Positions 28,030-37,306 of a DNA stretch of 64,000 nucleotides are shown here, one piece after another. The position numbers and the translations under genes were made by a program. The notes beneath the pieces were generated by a model. That model saw nothing but the letters and a program-made list of their open reading frames with translations. It had not been told where the DNA came from and searched no databases. Source of the DNA: Pirellulales bacterium (GTDB lineage Bacteria > Planctomycetota > Planctomycetia > Pirellulales > JBBDJB01); assembly GCA_040880125.1 (NCBI GenBank), contig JBBDJB010000029.1:12188-76187 (forward strand), in the 5' to 3' direction. The stretch's first letter is position 1. Every line of letters starts with the position of its first letter.

Positions 28030-30165
28030 ATGCACAGCAAGCGGGTAAACCATCTGATGACTTTCCACCTGTGTGGTGCCGCCGCGGCCTGCCGCGCGCT
28101 AATCGCCGTACTGCTCGCGCCGGCCGTCGCGTCTGCACAAATCGATACGCCGGCAGCCAGGCAGGCCCGTGCGGCGCTCACCGCCGTGGGCGAAGCCTAT
28201 TCACAGCGGCCGGAGTGGCCGCGTTTGTGGGAACAACTCGGACTGCCCGACGTCCAATACGAACTGCAGGCCGGCGAGTCGGGCAATCCCGCCGTGTTAG
28301 AGGCAGCCGTGCAGGTGTTGCGCTCCGGCAGCGCTGCGCGGGTCAACGATCCGCCACTTGTGCGGCTGGCCAGAACGCTCGAGATCCGGGCGCGGGACCT
28401 GACGCCGCTCCCGGCCGCCGACTGGCCTGCCGCCTGCCGGGATCAGGCCGCAGATTACGCTCCGGTGACGGACGAAGCTCTCGACGCGGGTGGCCGAGAG
28501 TTCTCGCGCCGGTTGAACCAGTTCGCCGCCTGGTTCCCAGCGGCAGCACAAAACGGCAGCTCCTGGAACGAATTCCTCTTTTGGGAAGAAACTCGTCGGC
28601 TGGCAACGCCGGAAGCGGCGGCCACGAGCGCAGCGACGCTCGATCGCCTAGAGACGCGCTGGGCCAGCGCGCCGAGCGTGTGGGATGCCGGCTTGTTGTA
28701 TGAAACGTCCCTGGCGGCGCGGCAGTACATCCGGCTGCTGCGTTCGTATCAAAAGGGCGAGACCGCCCAGCAGCATGCCGCCGCATGGAACGCATTGGCC
28801 GACCAGCTCGAAGCCATGCCGGATGGTGAAACCGACACCTCGCAGGTCGCCGCGGCCGTGAACGAGCGAGAAAGCCTCGGCCAGGCCTCTCGGCTCACCG
28901 CTTCGATCCGACGCGCGCTGTCGCTGCCGAATCTCGTCCTCCACGTGCCGACCGACTGGATCGAAGAGCAACTCGCCAGCACAGTCGACGAACCCTACGA
29001 AGTCGGCGGAGTGTTTGCCGGCACGTATAGCCGCGGCAGCGGAAGAATGGTGGGCACGCTGCGCGGCATCGTGTTGCCCTCGGAGGCGGTGGGGCGGTGG
29101 CTGATGCGATTCGACGGCACATCGACGGCGCGGACGTCCGGCTCCAGCGACCGCGTCTATGTTGCGAGCAGGGCGACAACTCGTCTGGCGGCGTTAAAGC
29201 CGTTCATGCTCGATGCCCGTGGACTGTCGCCGGGGAATGCACTGGCCACAGCTTCCACGTCGATCCAGTACGAGCAAATTGACGCGCCGGGCATCCTTGC
29301 CATGAGGCGTAACGCGGCGGTCCAGGAAACCTATTCACGCCGCCCCCAGGCCGAAGCCGAAAGCGCGGCCTATGCCCGCAGCTCGATTGTCGAGCAGATG
29401 AACGCCGAAGCCGACCAGATCGCTCGCGAGTTCAACGATTCGTATCATGCACGATTTCGGGATCCGCGCGTTAAGGCGCACCGACCGAGTCCCGACGTGC
29501 GGGTACGCACGTTCAGCGGTGTGCTGCGCTGGGAATGCCGGCTGGAAGGACCACACGACTTTGCCGCCCCTACGCCACCCCCTGCGTACGAGCCCGGCAG
29601 CGAAATCGTGATGAGCCTGGCCGCCTCGGCGCTGGAAGAACAGGCGGCCGTCACGCTGGGCGGCCGCGCGATGAGCGGAGATGAAATGTCAGAGTCGCTG
29701 GGAAGTTCGCTGGTCCGTGACAGCGAAGATGGCGGCGACGATGTCCACGTCACTTTCGAACCCGACCCTTGCGACGTGAACTTCGAGGATGGCGCGGTTC
29801 ACGCCCGGCTGTACATCACCAAATTTGACGCTGGCGACGTGCAGTATCCGGCCATGACGGTCGATCTCGCCTACAGGCCCGAGGAACGGGACGGCGAGGT
29901 GGTGTTCGTCCGCCAGGGGCGGCTGCGCGTCTCTCCGCTGACACGCGAGGGCGATAATGCGCCGACGATCAGCGGACGCCAGCAGGCGCTACGCCTGGCC
30001 GTGCAGCGGAGGTTGGAGAGATTGCTTCCCGACGAACTGCGTTGGTCGGAGGCGTCGGTGCCGCTGCCTGGCGAGGGCGACGCCGTTTTACAGCTCGAGC
30101 GAGTCCGGCTTATTGGCCCCTGGTTGCAGATGGGCCTTTCGGCCACAGTGCCCAGCGGGAGCTAG
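28030..30165 (+). CDS. Secreted hypothetical protein (helical N-half, beta-rich C-half)
   Basis: 711-aa ORF, GAGG-like SD, signal peptide ending VASA|Q, 13 bp after the upstream gene. Confidence 0.75.
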   Translation: MHSKRVNHLMTFHLCGAAAACRALIAVLLAPAVASAQIDTPAARQARAALTAVGEAYSQRPEWPRLWEQLGLPDVQYELQAGESGNPAVLEAAVQVLRSGSAARVNDPPLVRLARTLEIRARDLTPLPAADWPAACRDQAADYAPVTDEALDAGGREFSRRLNQFAAWFPAAAQNGSSWNEFLFWEETRRLATPEAAATSAATLDRLETRWASAPSVWDAGLLYETSLAARQYIRLLRSYQKGETAQQHAAAWNALADQLEAMPDGETDTSQVAAAVNERESLGQASRLTASIRRALSLPNLVLHVPTDWIEEQLASTVDEPYEVGGVFAGTYSRGSGRMVGTLRGIVLPSEAVGRWLMRFDGTSTARTSGSSDRVYVASRATTRLAALKPFMLDARGLSPGNALATASTSIQYEQIDAPGILAMRRNAAVQETYSRRPQAEAESAAYARSSIVEQMNAEADQIAREFNDSYHARFRDPRVKAHRPSPDVRVRTFSGVLRWECRLEGPHDFAAPTPPPAYEPGSEIVMSLAASALEEQAAVTLGGRAMSGDEMSESLGSSLVRDSEDGGDDVHVTFEPDPCDVNFEDGAVHARLYITKFDAGDVQYPAMTVDLAYRPEERDGEVVFVRQGRLRVSPLTREGDNAPTISGRQQALRLAVQRRLERLLPDELRWSEASVPLPGEGDAVLQLERVRLIGPWLQMGLSATVPSGS

Positions 30166-30434
30166 TGAGGCGAGGATAGCATCGATTACCAGTGGCGGCA
30201 TTTCATTGACATCTTCATGTGCCAGATGCTGCCCGGGGACCCGCTTTTCGGCAGGAATTGCCAGGCGGACGTGCCGGTCGCGCTTCTGGCCCGATGCCCC
30301 AAGGTCGATGCCCCTGAATCACTTTCGATCTCGAATGGGGAATCAACCTACGCTTCCTACCAGGGCGATCTGGCGCTTTCGATGTGCATTGGAAATTTGT
30401 GTGGCCCGAACTAGAGCCAGACGGGGGACGGAGC

Positions 30435-31277
30435 ATGAACGTGCCCCGAGCGCCGCGTAGCGCTATCGTCACAGGAAGCGCGAATGGACTTGGCCGTGCC
30501 ATCGCGGTCCGGCTGGCTCGAGATGGCTGGCGACTTGCGCTGGCCGACGTTGACGATGAGGCAAATGGCGAAACGCTCGCGCTAGTGGAATCACAGGGAG
30601 GAGCTGGGCAAGTTGAGCATTTGGATGTCACCGATCCGGTGGCATGGCAGCGCCTGGTGGACCGTTTGCGCCGGGACTGGCCGACGCTCGACCTGCTCGT
30701 AAACAATGCTGGCGTTGCCACTTCCGGTCGAATCGGGGAGCACACGCTGGACAACTGGCGTTGGATAATCGACATCAATTTGTTCGGGGCCATCTATGGA
30801 TGCCACCATACTGTGAACTGGATGAAGGAGAACACGCGCGGAGGGAACATTGTCAACATCGCGTCGATCGCGGCCGTAATGTGCGCTCCAGATATGGCAG
30901 CGTACAACACGACCAAGGCGGGGTTGGTTGCGCTTTCGGAAACGCTTTACTCCGAATTGCAACCAGCTAACATCGGAGTCACCGTCGTTTGCCCTGGATT
31001 CGTGCAGACAAATATTCTTGATCGAGCCCGCTATCGCAGCCACGCTCAACTTGAATTTGCCGCGCAGTCGATGCGCTTCTCGCGTCTATCGGCCGACCAG
31101 TTGGCCGATCGACTGATGCGAGCAATTGAGCGAAATGAGCTCTATCTTTTTCTACCCTTCAGCGCGCGGTGGAATTGGTGGAGCAAACGCCTCGCGCCAC
31201 GGTGGTATTTGAATGCCATTGGGCGTAGCTTTCGAAAGCTATTCTCTGGTGACGTCGCAGATCAGCGCAACGAATAG
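30435..31277 (+). CDS. Short-chain dehydrogenase/reductase (classical SDR)
   Basis: TGSANGLG, NNAG, YNTTK, CPGFVQT. Start at ATG 30435 after GGAG. Confidence 0.9.
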   Translation: MNVPRAPRSAIVTGSANGLGRAIAVRLARDGWRLALADVDDEANGETLALVESQGGAGQVEHLDVTDPVAWQRLVDRLRRDWPTLDLLVNNAGVATSGRIGEHTLDNWRWIIDINLFGAIYGCHHTVNWMKENTRGGNIVNIASIAAVMCAPDMAAYNTTKAGLVALSETLYSELQPANIGVTVVCPGFVQTNILDRARYRSHAQLEFAAQSMRFSRLSADQLADRLMRAIERNELYLFLPFSARWNWWSKRLAPRWYLNAIGRSFRKLFSGDVADQRNE

Positions 31278-31351
31278 CCAGATGAATGCCGCCACCGCGA
31301 CCCTCTCCGGAATGCGGGCTGTGGGCTCCCCAAGATTTTCTTCGGATTTTA

Positions 31352-31378
31352 TGTCCCCCCGGCGGCCGGGCTCCCGCT
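31352..31378 (+). promoter_or_regulatory. Candidate ECF-sigma promoter TGTCCCC-N16-CGCT, copy 1
   Basis: Identical motif and spacing recur at 32369-32395; AT-rich tract just upstream. Confidence 0.6.
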
Positions 31379-31475
31379 TGGTCAGTTAACAAGGGACGAC
31401 ACGACCGGCCAAACGGCCGCGAAAAGTCGCCCAGGACCAAAACCACACGGGAAAACGAGACTCAGGAGCCCAATC

Positions 31476-32228
31476 ATGACCACTCGCAGCCGCAACACCA
31501 CGATCGTCGCCGTCGCCCTTCTCGCCCTGATTACCGCCGCTCAGGCCCAGGCCGGAAACCCCTTCGACAACGTCCGCAAAGTCATCAATCACGTCGAGCA
31601 CGCAGTCGGCGGCGGTTCGAACCAGATTCTGCCGTACCCGCTGCCCTATCCGCAGCCGTGCCCGACTCCCAACCCCTATCCGCAACCGCAGCCGCAGCCG
31701 TGGCCGGTTCCCGAACCGCAACCGCAGCCACAGCCCGTTCCGGCCTCCTACTTCCTCGGTGTATACACGTCGACGGTGCCGGTCGGGCAGGGCGGAGCAG
31801 TGGCCAGCGGTCCGCAGGTGCGAGTGGTCCCCGGCTACGAGCAGCAGGTCTACGGGCAGCGGGTGAACAATATTGTTCCGAATTCCCCCGCCTTCCATGC
31901 CGGCCTGGAGCCGGGCGACGTCATCATTAACGCCAATGGCTACTCGATGGATAGCGATCAGCACCTCCGGGCCGCTATTGCCGACTCGCAGGGCTACCTG
32001 GAAATGCAAATCCTCGACAGCCGCAGCGGACAGATCGTGTTGGTGGTCGCCGAGCCCGAGGCTCAAACCCCGGCCGCGTATGCTGTGAATCCTGCTCAGC
32101 CCCAGACGGGCGGCACGATTCAGCCCGCCAGCCAGCCGCAAGTTCTGCAGAGCAGCGGTCGGCAGACCCTCGGCACGCAAACGCTGCAGGGTACCGGCGG
32201 CCGTCGTCCTCCGGTTCGTCGCCGCTAA
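31476..32228 (+). CDS. Secreted PDZ-domain protein with Pro/Gln repeats
   Basis: AGGAG SD; signal peptide (AQA|Q); PYPQPQP repeats; PDZ motif YFLGV...VNNIVPNSPAFHAGLEPGDVIINANG. Confidence 0.88.
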   Translation: MTTRSRNTTIVAVALLALITAAQAQAGNPFDNVRKVINHVEHAVGGGSNQILPYPLPYPQPCPTPNPYPQPQPQPWPVPEPQPQPQPVPASYFLGVYTSTVPVGQGGAVASGPQVRVVPGYEQQVYGQRVNNIVPNSPAFHAGLEPGDVIINANGYSMDSDQHLRAAIADSQGYLEMQILDSRSGQIVLVVAEPEAQTPAAYAVNPAQPQTGGTIQPASQPQVLQSSGRQTLGTQTLQGTGGRRPPVRRR

Positions 32229-32262
32229 GCGTGAGGGCTTTCAAGCACGTTCCACTCAACGA

Positions 32263-32297
32263 GTCGCCGGTCCTTTCGAGGGCCGGCGGCTTTTTTT
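32263..32297 (+). terminator. Rho-independent terminator
   Basis: Stem GTCGCCGGTCCT / TTCG loop / AGGGCCGGCGGC followed by T7. Confidence 0.9.
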
Positions 32298-32368
32298 ATG
32301 CGCGCACAAGCTCGCGCAGGATGTGCGGTTAGGCGGATTGGAAAACATCGAAGAAATCAAAGAAACGC

Positions 32369-32395
32369 TGTCCCCTACGGGTGGCCGCCCTCGCT
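32369..32395 (+). promoter_or_regulatory. Candidate ECF-sigma promoter TGTCCCC-N16-CGCT, copy 2
   Basis: Same motif and spacing as 31352-31378; lies after the terminator, so this gene needs its own promoter; A-rich tract upstream. Confidence 0.6.
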
Positions 32396-32515
32396 GGTTG
32401 TAGTAACGGCGGCCCGAGCGTGCTCTCGCAAAACGCACGACTGCCGCTGACTCGAACTTGCAGGTCCGGTGGAGGGCCTGGTTCACACGTCCACACAAGT
32501 ACGGGGAGAATCGTC

Positions 32516-33610
32516 ATGTCTCGCAAACTACTCGCCACGATGCTGCTGGTTGGATCGCTTCACGCTGCGGCGGTACAGGCTGTCGAGCCTCGCCGTTCGC
32601 CGGCACACAGCGGCACGGGCTCCGCCGCGTCGACCGTGCTTCCGCGGTTACAGCGGGGCGCGAACGGTCAGGTGATTGCTCGCAACTGGAATCAACAAGC
32701 ACAACTGGGAGGACAACGGCCGGCGGCCCGACTTCAACCCGCGCAGCCCAGCACGAGCGTCAATCCGCAGCGACTCGCCGGGCAATATCCGCAAAACGCC
32801 TGGAAGCGCGGCGCCGGTCGATTCAAGGCGGTGAACGGCCGTGTGGTCGCTCCCCGCGCAAACCTCAACGCCGCCAATCCGAACCGCATGGCGGGCCAGT
32901 TCAATCAGAATGCCTGGAAGCGCGGCGCCGGTCGGTTCAAGGCAGTGAACGGCCGCCCGGTCGCTCCCCGAGCAAATCTCAACGCCGCCCATCCGAATCG
33001 CATGGCGGGCAAATTCAATCAGAACGCCTGGAAGCGCGGTGCCGGTCAATTCAAGGCAGTGAATCCCAAATCGACGACACGATTGGCCGGTGGCAGCCGT
33101 GTCGGCACGGGCGCTGCGAAGAAGTTCCTCAAGAGTGCCGGGACTGCCGGTGCCGTGGTTGGAGGAGCCGGGCTGGTGGCCGGCGCGGTGTCGCAAGGTC
33201 GGCAGCTCGATGCCGATCTCCGTGCGGGTCGCATCACGCAGGCCCAGTACAATCGTGCTCAAGCGACTGGTGCCCTGAACGTCGCCGGCGGCGCACTGGC
33301 CATCAAGAAGATGAATCCTGCCAGCATGGCGATGAACGTGGCCATCGGCACCGATCCGATCAGCCTCGGCGTCGATGCTGTCGGGGATCTGATCAACGGC
33401 ACCAACAACGCCCAGACATCGATCGATAATATCGGCCGCACTCTGGACGGGCATGCCAAAGGCGTGGAGAAGCTGGTGACCAATCCGTCCGGCTGGGCCC
33501 AGGACACGGGCAAGAACATTGAGAACACGGCCAAGGACGTCGGCAAAACGGTAGATAACGCGGCCAAGGACGTCGGCAACTTCGTGGGCGGCATCTTCGG
33601 CGGCAAGTAA
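32516..33610 (+). CDS. Secreted cationic repeat protein of unknown function
   Basis: GGGGAG SD before ATG 32516; signal peptide (AVQA|V); 38-aa tandem repeats; Gly/Ala hydrophobic middle; amphipathic AKDVG-repeat C-terminus. Confidence 0.8.
   Translation: MSRKLLATMLLVGSLHAAAVQAVEPRRSPAHSGTGSAASTVLPRLQRGANGQVIARNWNQQAQLGGQRPAARLQPAQPSTSVNPQRLAGQYPQNAWKRGAGRFKAVNGRVVAPRANLNAANPNRMAGQFNQNAWKRGAGRFKAVNGRPVAPRANLNAAHPNRMAGKFNQNAWKRGAGQFKAVNPKSTTRLAGGSRVGTGAAKKFLKSAGTAGAVVGGAGLVAGAVSQGRQLDADLRAGRITQAQYNRAQATGALNVAGGALAIKKMNPASMAMNVAIGTDPISLGVDAVGDLINGTNNAQTSIDNIGRTLDGHAKGVEKLVTNPSGWAQDTGKNIENTAKDVGKTVDNAAKDVGNFVGGIFGGK
32762..33066 (+). repeat. 114-bp coding tandem repeat, about 2.7 copies
   Basis: Units start at 32762, 32876 and 32990 and encode (N/H)PxR(L/M)AG(Q/K)(Y/F)xQNAWKRGAG(R/Q)FKAVNGRxVAPRANLNAA; the third unit is partial. 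Confidence 0.92.
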
Positions 33611-33642
33611 AACCCCTGCAGCCTCCGGCGCTGAATGATTCG

Positions 33643-33680
33643 AGGGAGCCGCTTCCACCGGAGGCGGCTCCCTTCGTTTC
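33643..33680. terminator. Hairpin terminator between convergent genes
   Basis: AGGGAGCCGCTTCC - ACC - GGAGGCGGCTCCCT followed by T-rich sequence on the + strand. Confidence 0.75.
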
Positions 33681-33692
33681 GTGTTTGCGCGG

Positions 33693-35915
33693 CTAGCGAC
33701 CGTCGCGATCCGCTGGTTCCAGCGCGACGACCACCCAACCGGTGTCGGCGACATTCGCCGGCCGGCCGTGAATGATGACCGGCTCCATGGCGGCCAGGTG
33801 GGGCGCTTTGTCGACCGGATCAACGAAGCCCTCGAGAATGCTCGAGCGTGCCTCGCCGAACAGCCGGCCCGGGCGGATGCGATCACGGCGCAACGACAAG
33901 GCCATTTGGAGAGTATCGGCACTAAGTCGAGGCAGGTTGCCATCTTCACCGCGTACGCCCAGCTCCGAATGATGCAGGACCAGTCCCGGCTCGTCGTCGA
34001 GCTGGTCGACGCGGGTGTCCACCAGCATTGCCCGGCGGCCGATGGCGAACTCGCCCAGTTCCACGCACATGCCCAGAATTCCGATCCGCTGCCGTTCGGC
34101 ATCCTCGGTGGGGCCACTCCAGATAGGCACGGAAAAGGCCACCATCAACGTCGCCGTGTTGGTACTCTCGTAGACGGCGGACATGTGGACGATTTTGTCC
34201 GCCAGCGGTCGCAATCCTTCCGTCTCCGGCGAGCCGGGCGGCAGGTCGCGGCCTCGTCCGTGAAAATAGTCCCGGTGCTGATAGCTCGCGCCGATGCTTT
34301 CCGCCTCCGGCACGCGGGCGAGTTGCGTTCCTTCAATGGCGTTGAGGATCCAACTTGCCGTCTTCACCGAGGAGTTATTGGCGATGTACCGTTTATCGAG
34401 CCACGTCTGGATGTCTTCCTGGACCTCAGGGTCGGGCATTCCGCTCTCGAGAAGTCCGCCGTTCACCTGCTGCATCAGTTCCTGCAACCGCGGCGAGGCG
34501 GCCTCGGACTCCATGATGCGCCACCGGAGTTCAATCTCTTGGGCGACCGACTTCGCCAGGAAGAGCGCCGAGGAACGCAGGTTGTCCCGACGTGCGACCT
34601 CGGCGACGTATTGCGCCGATTCAGCATCCTCGCGGGCAGTTCGCTCGTTTCCGGCCAGCTTGCCCAACCAAAGTGCGGATATCGCCACAATGATCATGCA
34701 AGTGAGCAGCCCGATCGCGGCAACCTGTGCCGCTAGGAGATGTCGCCGCGCGAACCGCGCCACTTTGCTCGACAGAGGGTCGGCCATCGCTTGAATTGGT
34801 TCGTCGGCCAGGTAGCGTTCCAGATCCTCGGCCAGTTCGTACGCGGTGAGATACCTTTGCGAAGGCTGCGTCGCCATCGCCTTTCGGCAGATGGCCTCCA
34901 ACGCGCGGGGGACATCCGAAGTGATTTCCGTCGGCCGTGGAAGCCGGCCTTCGACGATCTTCGTCTTAATCTCCATGAGCGACTCGCCCGTGGCCGGCGG
35001 TACGCCGGTGAGAATCTTAAACAGCGTCGCGCCCAGGCTGTAAACGTCGCTCGCGGGCGTGGGTGCCAGCTCGGAAGCCTGTTCCGGGCTCATGTACGCC
35101 GGCGTTCCAGCACCGAGGCTGGAAGAACTGCCGGAACTGCCGGAGCGCGGCATAAGCGTATTTTCGCCGCTCTGGCGGAACCGTTCGTCGCGCATCACCG
35201 GCGAGGCCAGCCCCCAATCGACGATAATTGTTTCACCGTACCGGCCCAGCAGGATGTTTTCCGGCTTGATGTCCCGGTGCACGATGCCGCGGTTGTGTGC
35301 GTAGGCGATCGTCTTGCAGACCGAGACAAAGCTCTGCAGCAGCCGGCGGTGCTCCACACTCTGTGCGTCGTACCGCGGATGCTCGCCCTGGAAGCAGTGG
35401 CCGATCGCCTCGTCGAGCGTCATCCCATCGATGAAGCGCATGGCGTAGAACAGCCGTCCGTTCGAGTCCTCCCCCACGCCGTACAGGGGAATCACGCCGG
35501 GGTGTTCGAGCCGGCCGGTGACTTCGGCCTCAAGTGAGAACCGCTGCCGCGCAGCGGGGTCGCCGGCCAGCGTAGCGTGAATGAACTTGACGGCCACCTT
35601 CCGATGCACCTCGCGGTCCTCACCGACAAACACGGCGCCCAAGCCACCCTTGGCGTGAAACTCCAGCGAGGCGACGTGCGATGTGATCGTGAGCTGATTA
35701 TCGTCGGCCTCGCCTGAGTCGCCGTCCATGCGGAATTCGATCGATTCGATCGCGGCGGTGCGGGCGCGCACTTCGTCGAGCAAGTCGGGGTGCGCTTGAC
35801 AGAGAGATTCCAAACGGACAGATTCGCCGCGCTGACGGGCATCCTCCCACTGGTCGAGGAGATCTTCAATCAGATCGTGATCGGTCTTGGAAATCGTGCT
35901 GGCTTTCCTGGGCAA
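33693..35915 (-). CDS. Membrane Hanks-type Ser/Thr protein kinase with C-terminal Cache-like sensor domain
   Basis: GGLGAVF, VAVK, HRDIKPEN, DWGLA, GTPAYMSPEQ; one TM helix; dCache-like RDYF...SAVY...VAFSVPI...GWVVV. TTG start uncertain. Confidence 0.9.
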   Translation of the reverse strand: MPRKASTISKTDHDLIEDLLDQWEDARQRGESVRLESLCQAHPDLLDEVRARTAAIESIEFRMDGDSGEADDNQLTITSHVASLEFHAKGGLGAVFVGEDREVHRKVAVKFIHATLAGDPAARQRFSLEAEVTGRLEHPGVIPLYGVGEDSNGRLFYAMRFIDGMTLDEAIGHCFQGEHPRYDAQSVEHRRLLQSFVSVCKTIAYAHNRGIVHRDIKPENILLGRYGETIIVDWGLASPVMRDERFRQSGENTLMPRSGSSGSSSSLGAGTPAYMSPEQASELAPTPASDVYSLGATLFKILTGVPPATGESLMEIKTKIVEGRLPRPTEITSDVPRALEAICRKAMATQPSQRYLTAYELAEDLERYLADEPIQAMADPLSSKVARFARRHLLAAQVAAIGLLTCMIIVAISALWLGKLAGNERTAREDAESAQYVAEVARRDNLRSSALFLAKSVAQEIELRWRIMESEAASPRLQELMQQVNGGLLESGMPDPEVQEDIQTWLDKRYIANNSSVKTASWILNAIEGTQLARVPEAESIGASYQHRDYFHGRGRDLPPGSPETEGLRPLADKIVHMSAVYESTNTATLMVAFSVPIWSGPTEDAERQRIGILGMCVELGEFAIGRRAMLVDTRVDQLDDEPGLVLHHSELGVRGEDGNLPRLSADTLQMALSLRRDRIRPGRLFGEARSSILEGFVDPVDKAPHLAAMEPVIIHGRPANVADTGWVVVALEPADRDGR

Positions 35916-35921
35916 CGTGGA

Positions 35922-36542
35922 TCATTCGCCGGGGATTTCTCCATGCAGGCGCTGGTGCAACAGTAGCTTCGCGGAGCGCCACAGCCGCTTCACGTGCCGC
36001 GGCGAGACGTCCAGCAGCTTGGCCGCTTCTTCCTGGTTCATTTCGTGGTACCACAGCAGGTCGACGACCTCGCGCTCGCGCTGCGGCAGCTCTTGAACGG
36101 CGACGTGAAATTCGGCCCACTCCTGCATGCGGCGCGGATCCTGGCTGACTTCGGCCCGATCGTACAGTTGCGGCTGAACGGAACCTTCGGCGGCCGCCGG
36201 GCGACGCTGTGTGAAGTGATTGGCGCCCAGCCCGTGCGGGCCGTGATAATGGCGGCACATGTCGATCAGTTCGCGCCGAATTTGCAAAGCCGCCAGCCGG
36301 AAAAAGTGCCGCATGTCGGTGATCTGAACTTGGTGCAATGCCTGATAGAGTCGCAGCGAAGCGTTCTGCAGGATATCGTCCGTCTGTTCCCAACGGCCGA
36401 CGCGCTCGTACTGGTTTTTCATCTTCCGCGTCATCCGCAAAAGTCGGTCGTACGCATAGTTGATCAGTTCGCCCCGCACGCTCGTATCGCCAGCCTTTAT
36501 CTGGACAATGCATCGCTCGATCCCGACGGTGGCATCAGACAT
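35922..36542 (-). CDS. ECF RNA polymerase sigma factor (kinase-associated type)
   Basis: Region 2 QTDDILQNASLRL...IRRELID; region 4 LPQREREVVDLLWYHEMNQEEAAKLLDVSPRHVKRLW; directly upstream of the kinase. Confidence 0.92.
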   Translation of the reverse strand: MSDATVGIERCIVQIKAGDTSVRGELINYAYDRLLRMTRKMKNQYERVGRWEQTDDILQNASLRLYQALHQVQITDMRHFFRLAALQIRRELIDMCRHYHGPHGLGANHFTQRRPAAAEGSVQPQLYDRAEVSQDPRRMQEWAEFHVAVQELPQREREVVDLLWYHEMNQEEAAKLLDVSPRHVKRLWRSAKLLLHQRLHGEIPGE

Positions 36543-37021
36543 TGCGTCCCTTCGTGAAGGCATCAAAGATTTTGGCAACCAGATCACATCAGTGGGGCCC
36601 CTGGCGTTCCAGATTCCCGGCCTAGATTATGCGTAAACGAACGCTTCGCAGCCAGGCGCCGCCGCCAATTGTAAGCAAAATTGACAAATTCGCTCACGGC
36701 TGACCTTTTCTATGCGCATGAATCAAGGGCGCGACGGCAACTCTCGTGCTGGCCGGTAATGAGACTGGTGCAGCGATGGCACGAATGGCACGTGCGAGTG
36801 GTCGACGGCTCCACCAGGAACGTGACCGACACGCCGGAGAATCAAGGGATAACCGCAAGCGCCTGGCCAGAGCCATGTCTGCGCTTGCCCGATGGCCCGC
36901 ATGATGGTCGGTGCCCCCGCTCTTCGCCCAACAGCAGGCTCGGCAGCAGAGCTGGCCCTGTTATTTCAGTGGTCGGTGAAGAAGCTCAGCCCGCGCTACC
37001 GACTCTATAAAACGGTGGTGC

Positions 37022-37306
37022 TATGATCATGGCTGTATCTTCATCAATGCCGCTGTCAACTTCCCCCATCCGCATCACCCGGCACATCAGTCGGCCTGTA
37101 AGGCGAAAGCTGATGGCGTTGCGTTGCTCAGGGATCTCGGGGAGCGTGCCGGCGCCTCGGATCCGCTAGCCTTGGCTCAAGAGATCGACATGGTCATCGA
37201 AGGTGCGCTGATCACCCACCAGGTCGCCCCCGACTGCGACGTCTGCGCAATCGCCCGCCGCACTGCCGAGACGCTGATGGAAAAATACCTGGCCGCGGCA
37301 GTCTAA
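37022..37306 (+). pseudogene. Remnant of a TetR/AcrR-family regulator (C-terminal domain only)
   Basis: In-frame YDHGCIFINAAVNFPHPHHPAHQSACKAK...ASDPLALAQEIDMVIEGALITHQV...ARRTAETL*. Upstream there is an in-frame TGA (36977) with no start codon and no HTH. Confidence 0.75.

Noticed and set aside
32762-33066. CRISPR-like array
   Set aside because: Contiguous in-frame 114-bp units with synonymous variation, no unique spacers and no cas genes.
32648-34736. ORFs 32648-34117 (-) and 33681-34736 (+)
   Set aside because: Antisense or alternate-frame shadows of the repeat protein and the kinase.
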